UHGV virus genome: UHGV-1550212
DNA: 64,000 bases
Strand: one strand, 5' to 3'
Source: a virus
Below are positions 20,124-30,204 of this stretch, piece by piece. The position numbers and the translations under genes were made by a program. Under the pieces are notes generated by a model. It saw only the letters and a program-made list of their open reading frames with translations, searched no databases and was not told the DNA's origin. Every line of letters begins with the position of its first letter. Positions within the stretch are counted from its first letter, which is position 1.

Positions 20124-21693
20124 TCAACTTGTCAACATTCTTTTTGGCATCTGCACTTTGTACAAATGCATAGACGTTGTCATAGACTTTGCTAATTGCT
20201 GCATCTGTATAGTCATAGAAGTTGTGTCGAGTTCTTGAAGTTCTACCACCTTTGATGCCGAGTGATGTTTTGTCAGAATCTGATGGTTTCCAATATGTTC
20301 GCCCAAACCCAGTAGATAAAATCATACTTTCCACACCAGACCTATCTCGAGGCATAGCATGCTTCAAATGGCAAGTTACAATGAAGTCAGTTGGAAAGTC
20401 ATCATAGCCAAGCTCACTTGATGCAGGTTGAATGTCAGTTTTCGTCAAGATAAGATTGCCAATGCATGCAATTGGGCGAAGGGGATTTCCTAATAGCAAG
20501 TGCCATTCGCCGATGGCGTCGCCCTTCAACAAGCTATTCATAACAGGGATTGCTGGTCGACCAATAGTGTTCAAGAATTTTGCAACAGCAAAACGTTGAA
20601 ATGCAAGTTTAGCAATCTGCTGCAATTTTTGTTTTGCTGCTTCTTTTCCACCACCGCTTGCATTCATAATGTTTTGGGCAATACCTTTGAAGAAGTCTGT
20701 GATTGAGTTGAATGAACCATCAAGTGCATCTTGAATAACTGCAGATTCAAGTTCAAGCGCTTTGTTCCAGAATATTGAAGGCTGACCGCCGACCCAATAT
20801 CGGCCCCCACCCCAAAACTTTGCATCATTGTATGTGCATTGCATCACATTGCTCAACAAGTCAAGCATTGCTGTTTTGGGATTGATTCCATCAATCGACT
20901 TCAATGAATAAAAGAATTTGACAGTCAATTCATGTTCGAAGTTCAAACCAACATCACGAATATGAGTCTGCGTAATTGAATCAATCGGGCCATAAACTTT
21001 GTTATGGTCATGTGTAGGGTCTATTGACAGTCGTGCTTTGCCACGCATTTGGTCTTTTGCATACACTGGGTCCATCAATTTTGCCACTCGACCCATCCAG
21101 CCACTAATGCCATAATTACCTCCACTGTCACCACGCATTTCGCCTTGCTCCAATGCAGCAGATAATTCTTTCCAACGCATGCCAAAACTGAAGCTTAGCA
21201 AATCTTCAAGTTTGTTGTTTTCACCATCAAACCACGTAATCATATGGGCGATTTCTGGTGTTTGCTGAACTGTTGTGTTGAAGATGTCATCTTGACATGG
21301 CTCAGCAAATCTACGCAATGTGATGAGTCTGTTGTTCGGGATTTGGCCAAGAAATCTGCAATATGCAAAGTCTTGCCAATCATATGTTGATGCACCAATG
21401 GGGTTGTTGATGATATTTGCTGCAGTAGGCGTCAAGTATTGCAGGCCTTGCAAGTCTTGGTCAAAGTACACAGTTTTGCCATCAGGCAATTGCGGTGCTG
21501 CAAATAGATTCCATGCATTGAACAAAGACTGCACACCTTGTTTTGATGCATCTTCTGCACCACGAGGCATATCAGCATTGAGCTTCTTTTCATAAAAACC
21601 ATGCTCATAATCTGTTTCTTGTGCAAATGCGCCAGTCAGTGTGCTACTATCTGCATTAAGCTTATTGTCTTTTGGCGGAGCTATTGTAGCCAT
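20110..21693 (-). CDS. hypothetical virion protein
   Basis: Track ORF 20110..21723 begins with TTG; first ATG at 21691-21693 (MATIAPPKDNKL) used; 527 aa. Confidence 0.5.
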   Translation of the reverse strand: MATIAPPKDNKLNADSSTLTGAFAQETDYEHGFYEKKLNADMPRGAEDASKQGVQSLFNAWNLFAAPQLPDGKTVYFDQDLQGLQYLTPTAANIINNPIGASTYDWQDFAYCRFLGQIPNNRLITLRRFAEPCQDDIFNTTVQQTPEIAHMITWFDGENNKLEDLLSFSFGMRWKELSAALEQGEMRGDSGGNYGISGWMGRVAKLMDPVYAKDQMRGKARLSIDPTHDHNKVYGPIDSITQTHIRDVGLNFEHELTVKFFYSLKSIDGINPKTAMLDLLSNVMQCTYNDAKFWGGGRYWVGGQPSIFWNKALELESAVIQDALDGSFNSITDFFKGIAQNIMNASGGGKEAAKQKLQQIAKLAFQRFAVAKFLNTIGRPAIPVMNSLLKGDAIGEWHLLLGNPLRPIACIGNLILTKTDIQPASSELGYDDFPTDFIVTCHLKHAMPRDRSGVESMILSTGFGRTYWKPSDSDKTSLGIKGGRTSRTRHNFYDYTDAAISKVYDNVYAFVQSADAKKNVDKLNEMV

Positions 21694-21720
21694 ATCTTCA
21701 AATGTATTTAGGATATGTAC

Positions 21721-21758
21721 CAAACAAACAAAAAGCTTGACTTATTCAGTCAAGCTTT
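21721..21758 (-). terminator. rho-independent terminator
   Basis: Stem AAAGCTTGACT / AGTCAAGCTTT followed on the minus strand by TTTTGTTTGTTTG; overlaps the last codons of 21742..22233. Confidence 0.45.
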
Positions 21759-22233
21759 GTTCAGAAAGTTCAATAATTTGTGTTTCGTATAGTCGTCGTA
21801 GTTCATCAAATCTTACACAGTTTTTGTCATACAGTGTAGCAAGGCCTTGCAATGCTTGTTGTTTGCTTGTCCATATGATGTCAGCAGTCAAATCCCATAG
21901 CCACTTTTGTGCATAATAAAACTTCCAGTCATGCCAAAATGTCTGTGCAGTGATTTGCTGTTCTTTATCATCAATGTAGATAAAGTGATGTGTTGGATTG
22001 CCGCTTTCAAGGTCTATGAATCTGAATGTTTTGTTTGCTACATGCTTAGCAATCCATTCGTCAGACGCAATGACTTCTTGTAACGCACATTGATAATAGT
22101 AGCGTTTTGCAATATCAAAGTGTCGAACTACTACGCCACGAAACAATGTCCATAGCCAGGGCTCTTCTTCTGAACTTCTAATCCAATAAACTTCTTGATT
22201 TACTGGTAGAAAATCGTAGTGAACGAGGTCCAT
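21742..22233 (-). CDS. hypothetical protein
   Basis: 163-aa ORF, ATG confirmed. Confidence 0.45.
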   Translation of the reverse strand: MDLVHYDFLPVNQEVYWIRSSEEEPWLWTLFRGVVVRHFDIAKRYYYQCALQEVIASDEWIAKHVANKTFRFIDLESGNPTHHFIYIDDKEQQITAQTFWHDWKFYYAQKWLWDLTADIIWTSKQQALQGLATLYDKNCVRFDELRRLYETQIIELSEQSLTE

Positions 22234-22236
22234 CGC

Positions 22237-22827
22237 TTACAGATGCACATTTACACTTGTCACAAGGTCGCAATCAATCAATGCTTTGAGCGTGTCAATT
22301 TCATTGTAGCCAAATGCACTTGTAGCAGCAAGCACATGATTGACATCAACTGCAGCAGTAATGTCAACCACAACAGTTTTGTCATCTTCAAGTGGCTGCA
22401 AACGTTTAATGAGTTGATGCAGCATATCATCTGCCGGTATGCTTGGCTGTTGTGCAGATTCAGCAACATAAGTGGTTTTGACTGGCTGTTGCGCAGGATA
22501 TGCAGGCACTGGTGACACTGGTTCAACTGAGCGCTCAGTTTGTAGCGCAGCAACTGGCTGCGTTGGCAAAATTGTCTCTGACACAGTACTGCCATCTGCA
22601 GCAGTTGTAGTTACGCTTGGAATCACAATTGGCTGAGAGAACACGTCGTCTTGAGGACGATTCCAGGTTTCAATTTCAGACAATGCATAAAGACGATTTT
22701 GGTCATCCCATGCCTTATCAGCTTCTTCGTCAATTGCAACAATTGTTCGAATTTCTGCTGTTGCTGGCCTATCGCCATTTTCAAGTTGTTCAATGACTCT
22801 GATAGGCGCTATTGATGTTCGTGACAT
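22237..22827 (-). CDS. hypothetical protein with Pro/Ala/Gln-rich linker
   Basis: Track ORF 22237..22866; the first 13 codons overlap a TTGTACAATATAAAAAAAACC promoter-like motif, so the start is placed at ATG 22825-22827 (MSRTSIAPIR). Confidence 0.45.
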   Translation of the reverse strand: MSRTSIAPIRVIEQLENGDRPATAEIRTIVAIDEEADKAWDDQNRLYALSEIETWNRPQDDVFSQPIVIPSVTTTAADGSTVSETILPTQPVAALQTERSVEPVSPVPAYPAQQPVKTTYVAESAQQPSIPADDMLHQLIKRLQPLEDDKTVVVDITAAVDVNHVLAATSAFGYNEIDTLKALIDCDLVTSVNVHL

Positions 22828-22837
22828 ATTTGGATGG

Positions 22838-22860
22838 TTTTTTTTATATTGTACAACGTA
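22838..22860 (-). promoter_or_regulatory. promoter-like element (CGTTGTACAATATA...)
   Basis: Minus strand reads ACGTTGTACAATATAAAAAAAACC immediately upstream of ATG 22827; same TTGTAC+TATA element as at six other loci. Confidence 0.4.
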
Positions 22861-22956
22861 AAGCATGCATTTGCATCTGTGTACGTTATTTTTATGCTGA
22901 GCACTCTGCGTAAAATAGCAAAATGCTTATTTTACGCAGGGTACTACAAATTAACT

Positions 22957-25900
22957 TTATCGTACGATGAATGGCTTGTTAGAGTCTTCAATAATCATTG
23001 AGCCGATGCCATGCAGCTCTTGAGTAACCTCGACAGATACATCTTGTGCAGTGTTGTATGAGCACTTGAATGCTGCAACTCGACTAAATGCGTCAATGTC
23101 TGAATAACTGAGTTCATCAACTTGTATTGAGATTTCACCAATTGCTGGCGCAGTCTTTGATGGTGTAATTGTGATGTCATGCAGCCAGCCCGGATTGCCA
23201 ACAATGACTGCAGTCAATGATTCACCATCAATTGGATTGACAACTTCATAATTGAAGCTCAAAGTCTTTGATGAGTCATCAGTTGTTGCTGACGCAGGCG
23301 TAATGTTGATTGTTGTTACGCCTTTCGCAGCCTGAACAATTTGTGCAGTAACATCTTGAGCATTGATGTGAGAGAACTTAACTGAGCAGCTACGTTGTTC
23401 TGTCGTTAAGTTGCGGTCACATTCAATAGTCAAGTAGCCTTTGCCTGTGTTATCATCATATTCGAAATTTGTGTCAGTGAATACGCCAGCTCCATTAAGA
23501 ACTTCATATGACAACTGCTGACCTGCAATTGGATTGCCAACAGTGACCTCAAAGACTGCTTGAGTATCTGTTGACTTCAATTGAGCAATAATCGGCTCAA
23601 CAGTTATTGTCGACACGCCTTGAGCTGCTTGTGTAATGTTGACTGTTACGTTGTCAGCAGTCATATATGACAGTCTCAAGTATAAGTTACGAGTAGCTGT
23701 TGCAGTGTTGATGTCAAGCGCAAATTGTATTGTGCCAGCTGACATATTTACTACAGGTTCGCCAACAAAGCCAGAGCCCTCTGCAGCAACTGTCAGTGTT
23801 TCGTCTTCAATAGGATTGGTGATGCTAAAGTTAACTGTAAACGAACCACCATTAGCTGCTGCGTTGATTGTCAGCGGTTCAGCATTGATGACTGTAGCTT
23901 CTTTAGCAGCCTGAGCAAGCGATACTGCTACATTGTCTGCAGTTGGATATTGTAGTACAATGTTTGCTGTACGAGTGCTTGTTTGCAATGTCTTGTCATA
24001 ATCAAATGTAATCTTGCCATCAGCAACTTGAACATTGTGAATCCAGCTTTTTGTTGCATATGCAGTGACTGCAGCACCAGCATAGCCATTACGAATTTGA
24101 TATGTAATTTCAGATGAACCGCCAGCAGCATTAAGTGACATAGAACTTGTGACAATGATTTCAGGCCTTGTTGATGCACTTGTGCTGTATTGAACTACAG
24201 ATGCAATTACACGAGGCTCAAATATGACAGCATTTGCAGAGCCGCCAAATGTCGGTGTTGCAATCACATAGATTGGCCAAACTCCACTTGATGCGACATT
24301 GCGTAAGATTGCTCGATAGTGCAGTTCATTGCATGCATCTTGCAATTCACTCCATGTTTTTGCAGTGTCAATTGTTGTCAAGCATGCAGGCAACACCGCA
24401 CATGTTGATGGCTTATCGGCGTCAATAGGTGTTGCATTGCCACTTGCTATTGGTTTGTAGCTCAAGTCGACTTTGACTGATGCATAACCATTGCCATACA
24501 CAATGAATGGCACAGTGATATCAAGCAAAATATCGACAGTTGCAGGCATGTTCAGATATGCTGGCAGCGGTACAAGCGTTTGCATTGCAGTAGCACCTGG
24601 CACATTGTCATCGAATGATTCAACATACACAGGTGGCGTCAAATCATCTTTGTGAGCATATTCTGCATGAGTGTGGTCTGAATGTGACACTGTGCTTGCA
24701 TAACCAGACCCAGCAAAGTCTTTATTGAATGCAGACTTCTTTGCTTCTTCAGTCAATCTGCCAGAGCCATCATATGCCAGCACAGTATTTGATGCGCCGA
24801 CACCTGCTGCAAGATGATTTGAGCCATCAATGAAGACATGTTTATATTGACGTTCAAACAAATGAGCATCAAAATTGTCAAATATCGAATTGAACAGCTT
24901 TTTGACTGCGGATGCTGTAGGCAGATGCTTGTTTGCATTTGCGCCATCAATGATGATACTTGCCCAATTGTCTGAGCTCTTGAAGATGCCAAGAAGCATA
25001 TCGATGACTTTGCCAGTAGCGTCTGTGCCAAGAACACTTGCACCAGGCAGTTTCATCAATTGTAAGTCGACTGTTGCAGCAAGTTTAAGCAACTGCTTTG
25101 TCAATGTCAGAATGTCTGTGACAACTCCAGCATCTGACAATGCTGCAATGCGATATGACTGATTGATGAGTTGCGCAAACTTATATGCACGAATGAATGA
25201 CTCTCGCTTTGCTTCTGCATCCAAGCCTTTTGCCAAGAACAACTCATCATATTTCAGATTTGCATATGACAATATGTCAAGCTCATTGACTGCAGATGTA
25301 AAATGATTGCGAAGTCTAATGCCCTCATATGATTGCCACAATGCAGCCAAATCAGCAAATGACTTGACATGTGAATCATCTGATGCAAAGCCAAACACAA
25401 GACCGCTGTTAAAGTCGTTTTGCAACAGCATATGTGGAAAAGCATCAATGCCTGGCAACTGATTCTTTTTGTCTGCATCAAGACGATTCAGTGTTCGTTG
25501 TGTGAGGTCGTAATAGTAATATGGATTGCCCAATATCTGCACAACTGGCTTTGCTGCTTTGTTGTTTGCATTGCCAAGACCATCAATTTGTGTATCACTC
25601 GGTGCAAGCAGAATAACTGAGCTGTCAACGTTATTGTATCGAGGCACACTTTCAAGCCCTATTGACAATGCGCCTGTATGCTTGTTTGAGTAGCTGTTGT
25701 CGATTTCTGCACCAGGCTGGCCATCTGCTGCAATGTTGAACATTGCTGCGTATGACTTGATTGTACCGCCGTACTTTGTTTTGATGAGCTCTTCAATGAT
25801 TTGCGTAATGATGACATTCAAGTTATCATTGTCACTTGTCAGCAATTGCAAGCCCGTAAATTGCCACCATTGCGCATCATCTGATGACGCGTCATACCAG

Positions 25901-26295
25901 TACACTTTGCCATCTGGTGCAATGACCCAGTCTGCGTATGACAAAGCATCTGTATGCAAAATGTTGCAAAACGCGGGTTTGTTTGCATCTGAACAGAACT
26001 CATTGAATGCTGCAGCATCGACAACTTTTGCAGTACCTGCGTCATTTTGCGTAGCTGACCAATCACTGCCAAATGTTGCATTGATATCAGCAAGTGATGC
26101 ATACATAATGCGGTTGCCTCGATAGCCATCGAAGCCAGGCAAACCGCGGTCACCAGTTTCACCAATACGACCCTTAAATAGGGGGGAATTCACAATTCTA
26201 CTGAAATTGTAATTCAAAATTTCACACAACTCTGCATAAGATGTGACTTGAAGTTTTTTCAGTACAATTGGCTGTGCTTTATGTTCTGCAGACAT
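22957..26295 (-). CDS. tail fibre/spike-like protein with short collagen-like motif and C-terminal Ig-like repeats
   Basis: 1112 aa, ATG confirmed. N-terminal GRIGETGDRGLPGFDGYRGN is a Gly-X-Y run; the C-terminal third contains repeated Ig-like blocks (VT.TQA..V.TI). Confidence 0.5.
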   Translation of the reverse strand: MSAEHKAQPIVLKKLQVTSYAELCEILNYNFSRIVNSPLFKGRIGETGDRGLPGFDGYRGNRIMYASLADINATFGSDWSATQNDAGTAKVVDAAAFNEFCSDANKPAFCNILHTDALSYADWVIAPDGKVYWYDASSDDAQWWQFTGLQLLTSDNDNLNVIITQIIEELIKTKYGGTIKSYAAMFNIAADGQPGAEIDNSYSNKHTGALSIGLESVPRYNNVDSSVILLAPSDTQIDGLGNANNKAAKPVVQILGNPYYYYDLTQRTLNRLDADKKNQLPGIDAFPHMLLQNDFNSGLVFGFASDDSHVKSFADLAALWQSYEGIRLRNHFTSAVNELDILSYANLKYDELFLAKGLDAEAKRESFIRAYKFAQLINQSYRIAALSDAGVVTDILTLTKQLLKLAATVDLQLMKLPGASVLGTDATGKVIDMLLGIFKSSDNWASIIIDGANANKHLPTASAVKKLFNSIFDNFDAHLFERQYKHVFIDGSNHLAAGVGASNTVLAYDGSGRLTEEAKKSAFNKDFAGSGYASTVSHSDHTHAEYAHKDDLTPPVYVESFDDNVPGATAMQTLVPLPAYLNMPATVDILLDITVPFIVYGNGYASVKVDLSYKPIASGNATPIDADKPSTCAVLPACLTTIDTAKTWSELQDACNELHYRAILRNVASSGVWPIYVIATPTFGGSANAVIFEPRVIASVVQYSTSASTRPEIIVTSSMSLNAAGGSSEITYQIRNGYAGAAVTAYATKSWIHNVQVADGKITFDYDKTLQTSTRTANIVLQYPTADNVAVSLAQAAKEATVINAEPLTINAAANGGSFTVNFSITNPIEDETLTVAAEGSGFVGEPVVNMSAGTIQFALDINTATATRNLYLRLSYMTADNVTVNITQAAQGVSTITVEPIIAQLKSTDTQAVFEVTVGNPIAGQQLSYEVLNGAGVFTDTNFEYDDNTGKGYLTIECDRNLTTEQRSCSVKFSHINAQDVTAQIVQAAKGVTTINITPASATTDDSSKTLSFNYEVVNPIDGESLTAVIVGNPGWLHDITITPSKTAPAIGEISIQVDELSYSDIDAFSRVAAFKCSYNTAQDVSVEVTQELHGIGSMIIEDSNKPFIVR

Positions 26296-26357
26296 ATTGT
26301 TCAGATGTTTTGCTTTGTATATGTATCGAATCTCATTGCATTTGATTATGTATCACT

Positions 26358-26397
26358 GTGTGCATTTTGCATCACGAAGTGCATTTTGCATATCATC
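26358..26397. promoter_or_regulatory. two copies of TGCATTTTGCAT operator-like core
   Basis: GTGCATTTTGCATCAC (26360-26375) and GTGCATTTTGCATATC (26379-26394) in the 100-bp gap upstream of the fibre gene 22957..26295. Confidence 0.4.
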
Positions 26398-29300
26398 ATT
26401 GCCACTCTACAATGCACCTTGCTGCGCCTTGTTGAGCTTCAAATTGCACTGTGACATATGAATTTGAGCTGTCCCTGTTCAATGCAATTGGCATGATGAG
26501 CTGACCTGTAAAGACATCATAGAATGTCAATGTTGGTTGTGGCAGTTTTGCAATCAAGTAATTTGCATATTGCATTGATTTTGCATTGTCGCCAAGCAAT
26601 TTTGCAAGTACTGCTACAAGCGATAAGCGTTGTTCTGCACCAGCAACATCAGGTAATTGCAGTTCTGCTGTTTTTGTTGTTGCAATAGACATAATTGCTG
26701 CGAACATGCAAAGTTCAAACACTGTAGGGCCTGCAATATGCTCAAATGTGCCATCAAGCCAAACTCTTGACAATTGTGTTGACAATGGGCTAATGACTTG
26801 TTCTACTGTAAGAACTTCATTGTCAATCAATGCCCACAAATGAACTGAACTTGACTGAGCAAACGCTACTTTGTGCTGCAAAGACTCATCATCATTTGCA
26901 AGCGCAGACCATTGCGTAACTTGAGTCAATTCAGGCAGACAATATGTGCCATATCGAGTCAAATTGACAAGCAGCTTATTTGTTGGACTTGCATTTGCAG
27001 GGTCTGCATCAATGATTTGCTGCTGCATAAACTTTTGCATTACTGCAATTCCATCAAGAGCATTGATTGCATCACGTTGATTGTAGAATGCTATTGGCGC
27101 GAATCTATGAATCATTGTCTGCATTGTTGGCATAACTTGCATCACAATGCTTGTCATCATTGACTCAAGAATTCGTGGTTTAACAGAGCCCTCGATAAAT
27201 GCATCGACGTCATTGTCAAATGTCACAGCAAGCTCTGTTTGTATCATATGTCGAGGCCAACTGTATGTTTCACCAGACTCGTATTCAATTGATGGAATGA
27301 TGTCTTTGACCCAGATGATTGCTTCTGTGTCATTCAGCAAGTTCACTTCAATTACATCGAACAGTTGTACAACTGCAGTCTTATATGCTACTGCACTTGT
27401 CCAGTTTGTTATGTCAAGTTTGACATTTGTGCCTACAATGAAGATGTCCTTAATTGAGAACAAGTTTTGCAATGCAATAACTTTGATTGCAATGTCAATT
27501 GAGCCGTCATCATTTATGACGATTGGCTTGTCTACTGTAGTGCCTTTGTATGGAAAGCTTGCAACAGTTTTGCTAAGCGGATAACAGTTGAATGCTACAT
27601 CTACTTGTGCAATTTTATTGTCATCAAGAGCAACGATGCTTGAATTGTCATAGTAGATGCTTTTGTCAATTGCAGATGTTTGCAAAACGCCATCAAGATT
27701 GACAAGAGACTGGTCAATAACTTTGAATGGCAATACAACTGTCAATGTTTTGAACTTGTTATTGATGATAAGCTGCGGTTTGCATTCAAATATGCTGTCA
27801 CCATCTACTCTGACTACTGCAAAACGCCAGCCAACATACGATGATGACACACTGTATTCAACACCCTTAAACAATGCAAATGCTGTGATATGGTCTGGCT
27901 TGGCGTAGCAATATGTGTAGCATGGCACTTCAAGAACAGCCTTGTCAGTTACAGCAAATTTATGTGTCAGTTTTGTGTCAAATACATCGATAGTAGTGTC
28001 AGCAAACTCTTTTATGTCAATTGCTTCTGTGGCATATGACTTGCAAAGCAGTTTTGCATGCTGATGCTGCAGCACATAGTCAGGACAACCAGACCCTTCA
28101 ACAAACCAGCTATAGTTAAATGAATCCAGCGCAATTCCTGTCAAGCGCTCATATGGCGCAAAGCCAGTACAGTTGAATGCTATTGAATTATTTGCTCTGT
28201 ATTGCTTGTTCAGCGCATCAGTAGCTTCAATTGCAGCAAAATGACATTGACGAATATTAGGCTTATTGTCCTTGTCATTAACTGCAAGGTCGTCAAATCT
28301 GTCATAGACAGAATCAGAAAATATCAATGCAGAGTCTTTTGACTCAAGAGTCTTAATTGCGTTTGGCTGTGAGTTGCCTTGCAATTGCTTAACATGCTGA
28401 GCTATTGCATCAACATATTGCATACGTTTTGACTTTTCTGCTGTAGCAGTCATGCTAGTAGCCCATGCATCAATATCGAATTCTGTGTTTGCTGTCAGTC
28501 TCAATTCAGACTCATAGAAGCCTGACCAGTCATACACATCATGCAATTTACAAAGTCGAGCTTGCGCAGCTTGAATTTGCAGCATGTCAAATGCAATTTT
28601 GACTGCAATGTCTGGTAGTACATCATCTACAAGTACTACAAGCGAATCAATAGATGTCAATGACTCATCAATTTCTGCAAGAGTCATCAATTGACGAATT
28701 CGTACTTTGATTGCATCGGTGTCATTAAGATGCAGCAACAATGCATTTGCAGTTTGCAAGTATTGTCGCATTGTAGCACTAATGACAAGTGAATTATTGA
28801 CAGTAACTGCTGCATCAAATTGCACTGTTTGACTGCTGTATGTACTTTTCTTGTACATCGACCACGGCAGCAAAACTTCAATGTTGACGTCATTTGAGTT
28901 GCAATTTGTCTCAATTCGCAGTCTTGGATTGCTTTCTGCACTATACTTTGACGATGGCAACACTGTTACAGTATAGTCATATGTAGACTTTGCTGATGCA
29001 TTTTTGAATGCTTCAATGAATCTGTCAATGCTTTCTTGCCAGTTTAGACCAAACAAGAATTGATTGTCATCAACTGTTCGGCCATATTCCCATGCATATA
29101 GACGTTCACCATCGATGCCAGCATCTTTCATTTGGCAAATAACTTGCACATCGACTTTGCCATCTACAATGATTTCGAATTTTTCACCAGGCGTCATTTT
29201 GCCTGTCAATTCCAAATCAAGTGTTCGCTTTCGTGTAAACGTGTTTGGCTTAAGACCATCATTTGCAGAAAATGATGCTACAACAGTTTCTGCGTACAGC

Positions 29301-30199
29301 TTAGATGAATCAAGCAATGCCGGCAATTTGACAGTATCGCCATCAATGTATGTCAGCAAGCCAAGCGCATCACCAGATACATATGCATCAATGAATGGCA
29401 AATGTGACAATGACATCGTTGGTGCCCACTCTGTCATTTGAGCATCTGACACATACAAGCCGACATATCGATGCTCACCTGGAGTGACATCTTCAAATTC
29501 AAATGACAAGTTGACAATTTGCGAGCATATCAGACCATTGTCTCGCCAAGCTTCTGACAACGCAGCATCAAAGTCATATGGCGACAATTCTGCGTCATCA
29601 ATGTTTGGCACACCAAGTGTAGCATCTTTATATTGCGCAGTGACTGCATCAAAGCCCCATACACGACTTTGCTGATTGCTGCTATGCGACACAAAACATG
29701 TTGCTTCAGACATTGATGCTTGATGTTTTGTCAACTCAGCAATGTCTTTCAATCGCCATTGATGCACAAGCACAGCATCTTTAATAAGTTCTTGCCAATT
29801 TGTCGCCATCAAATTATCTGAACGCAATACAACAAAGTATTGTGGCATAGACGTCTTTGACAGCAACAATGGTGCAAAATATCTGAACACATTGAGTCGC
29901 TTCGTATATCTGCAACCACATACATATGTCATGTCAAATTGTTTTGCAAGCTCATTGTTTTGCTGCATACCAACGAGTGTGCTTTGTTGCACATTGCAAA
30001 TCTTTGATATGCCCCACTTAAGACGAGACCACATTGCAGCAGCATTGTCTGCATATGAGCCTGCATTCGAGTCAAACTCAAGTGAACTTGAATTTGTAAG
30101 TGGCGCAAACTTGACTTTGCTATACATGTCTACAATGCATTGTACATCGCCAGACAGCAATGTATTTGTGCGAAACAGTGCTTTTGATTCGTGTATCAT
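26396..30199 (-). CDS. large structural protein (possible baseplate/hub component)
   Basis: 1267-aa ORF, ATG confirmed; immediately follows the tape-measure gene in transcription order; no recognisable enzymatic motif. Confidence 0.5.
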   Translation of the reverse strand: MIHESKALFRTNTLLSGDVQCIVDMYSKVKFAPLTNSSSLEFDSNAGSYADNAAAMWSRLKWGISKICNVQQSTLVGMQQNNELAKQFDMTYVCGCRYTKRLNVFRYFAPLLLSKTSMPQYFVVLRSDNLMATNWQELIKDAVLVHQWRLKDIAELTKHQASMSEATCFVSHSSNQQSRVWGFDAVTAQYKDATLGVPNIDDAELSPYDFDAALSEAWRDNGLICSQIVNLSFEFEDVTPGEHRYVGLYVSDAQMTEWAPTMSLSHLPFIDAYVSGDALGLLTYIDGDTVKLPALLDSSKLYAETVVASFSANDGLKPNTFTRKRTLDLELTGKMTPGEKFEIIVDGKVDVQVICQMKDAGIDGERLYAWEYGRTVDDNQFLFGLNWQESIDRFIEAFKNASAKSTYDYTVTVLPSSKYSAESNPRLRIETNCNSNDVNIEVLLPWSMYKKSTYSSQTVQFDAAVTVNNSLVISATMRQYLQTANALLLHLNDTDAIKVRIRQLMTLAEIDESLTSIDSLVVLVDDVLPDIAVKIAFDMLQIQAAQARLCKLHDVYDWSGFYESELRLTANTEFDIDAWATSMTATAEKSKRMQYVDAIAQHVKQLQGNSQPNAIKTLESKDSALIFSDSVYDRFDDLAVNDKDNKPNIRQCHFAAIEATDALNKQYRANNSIAFNCTGFAPYERLTGIALDSFNYSWFVEGSGCPDYVLQHQHAKLLCKSYATEAIDIKEFADTTIDVFDTKLTHKFAVTDKAVLEVPCYTYCYAKPDHITAFALFKGVEYSVSSSYVGWRFAVVRVDGDSIFECKPQLIINNKFKTLTVVLPFKVIDQSLVNLDGVLQTSAIDKSIYYDNSSIVALDDNKIAQVDVAFNCYPLSKTVASFPYKGTTVDKPIVINDDGSIDIAIKVIALQNLFSIKDIFIVGTNVKLDITNWTSAVAYKTAVVQLFDVIEVNLLNDTEAIIWVKDIIPSIEYESGETYSWPRHMIQTELAVTFDNDVDAFIEGSVKPRILESMMTSIVMQVMPTMQTMIHRFAPIAFYNQRDAINALDGIAVMQKFMQQQIIDADPANASPTNKLLVNLTRYGTYCLPELTQVTQWSALANDDESLQHKVAFAQSSSVHLWALIDNEVLTVEQVISPLSTQLSRVWLDGTFEHIAGPTVFELCMFAAIMSIATTKTAELQLPDVAGAEQRLSLVAVLAKLLGDNAKSMQYANYLIAKLPQPTLTFYDVFTGQLIMPIALNRDSSNSYVTVQFEAQQGAARCIVEWQ

Positions 30200-30204
30200 G
30201 TCTC

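Noticed and set aside
22870-22930. Hairpin CTGCGTAAAATA / TATTTTACGCAG as a rho-independent terminator.
   Set aside because: No T-run follows on either strand; it may still be a regulatory or processing hairpin, but terminator status is unsupported.
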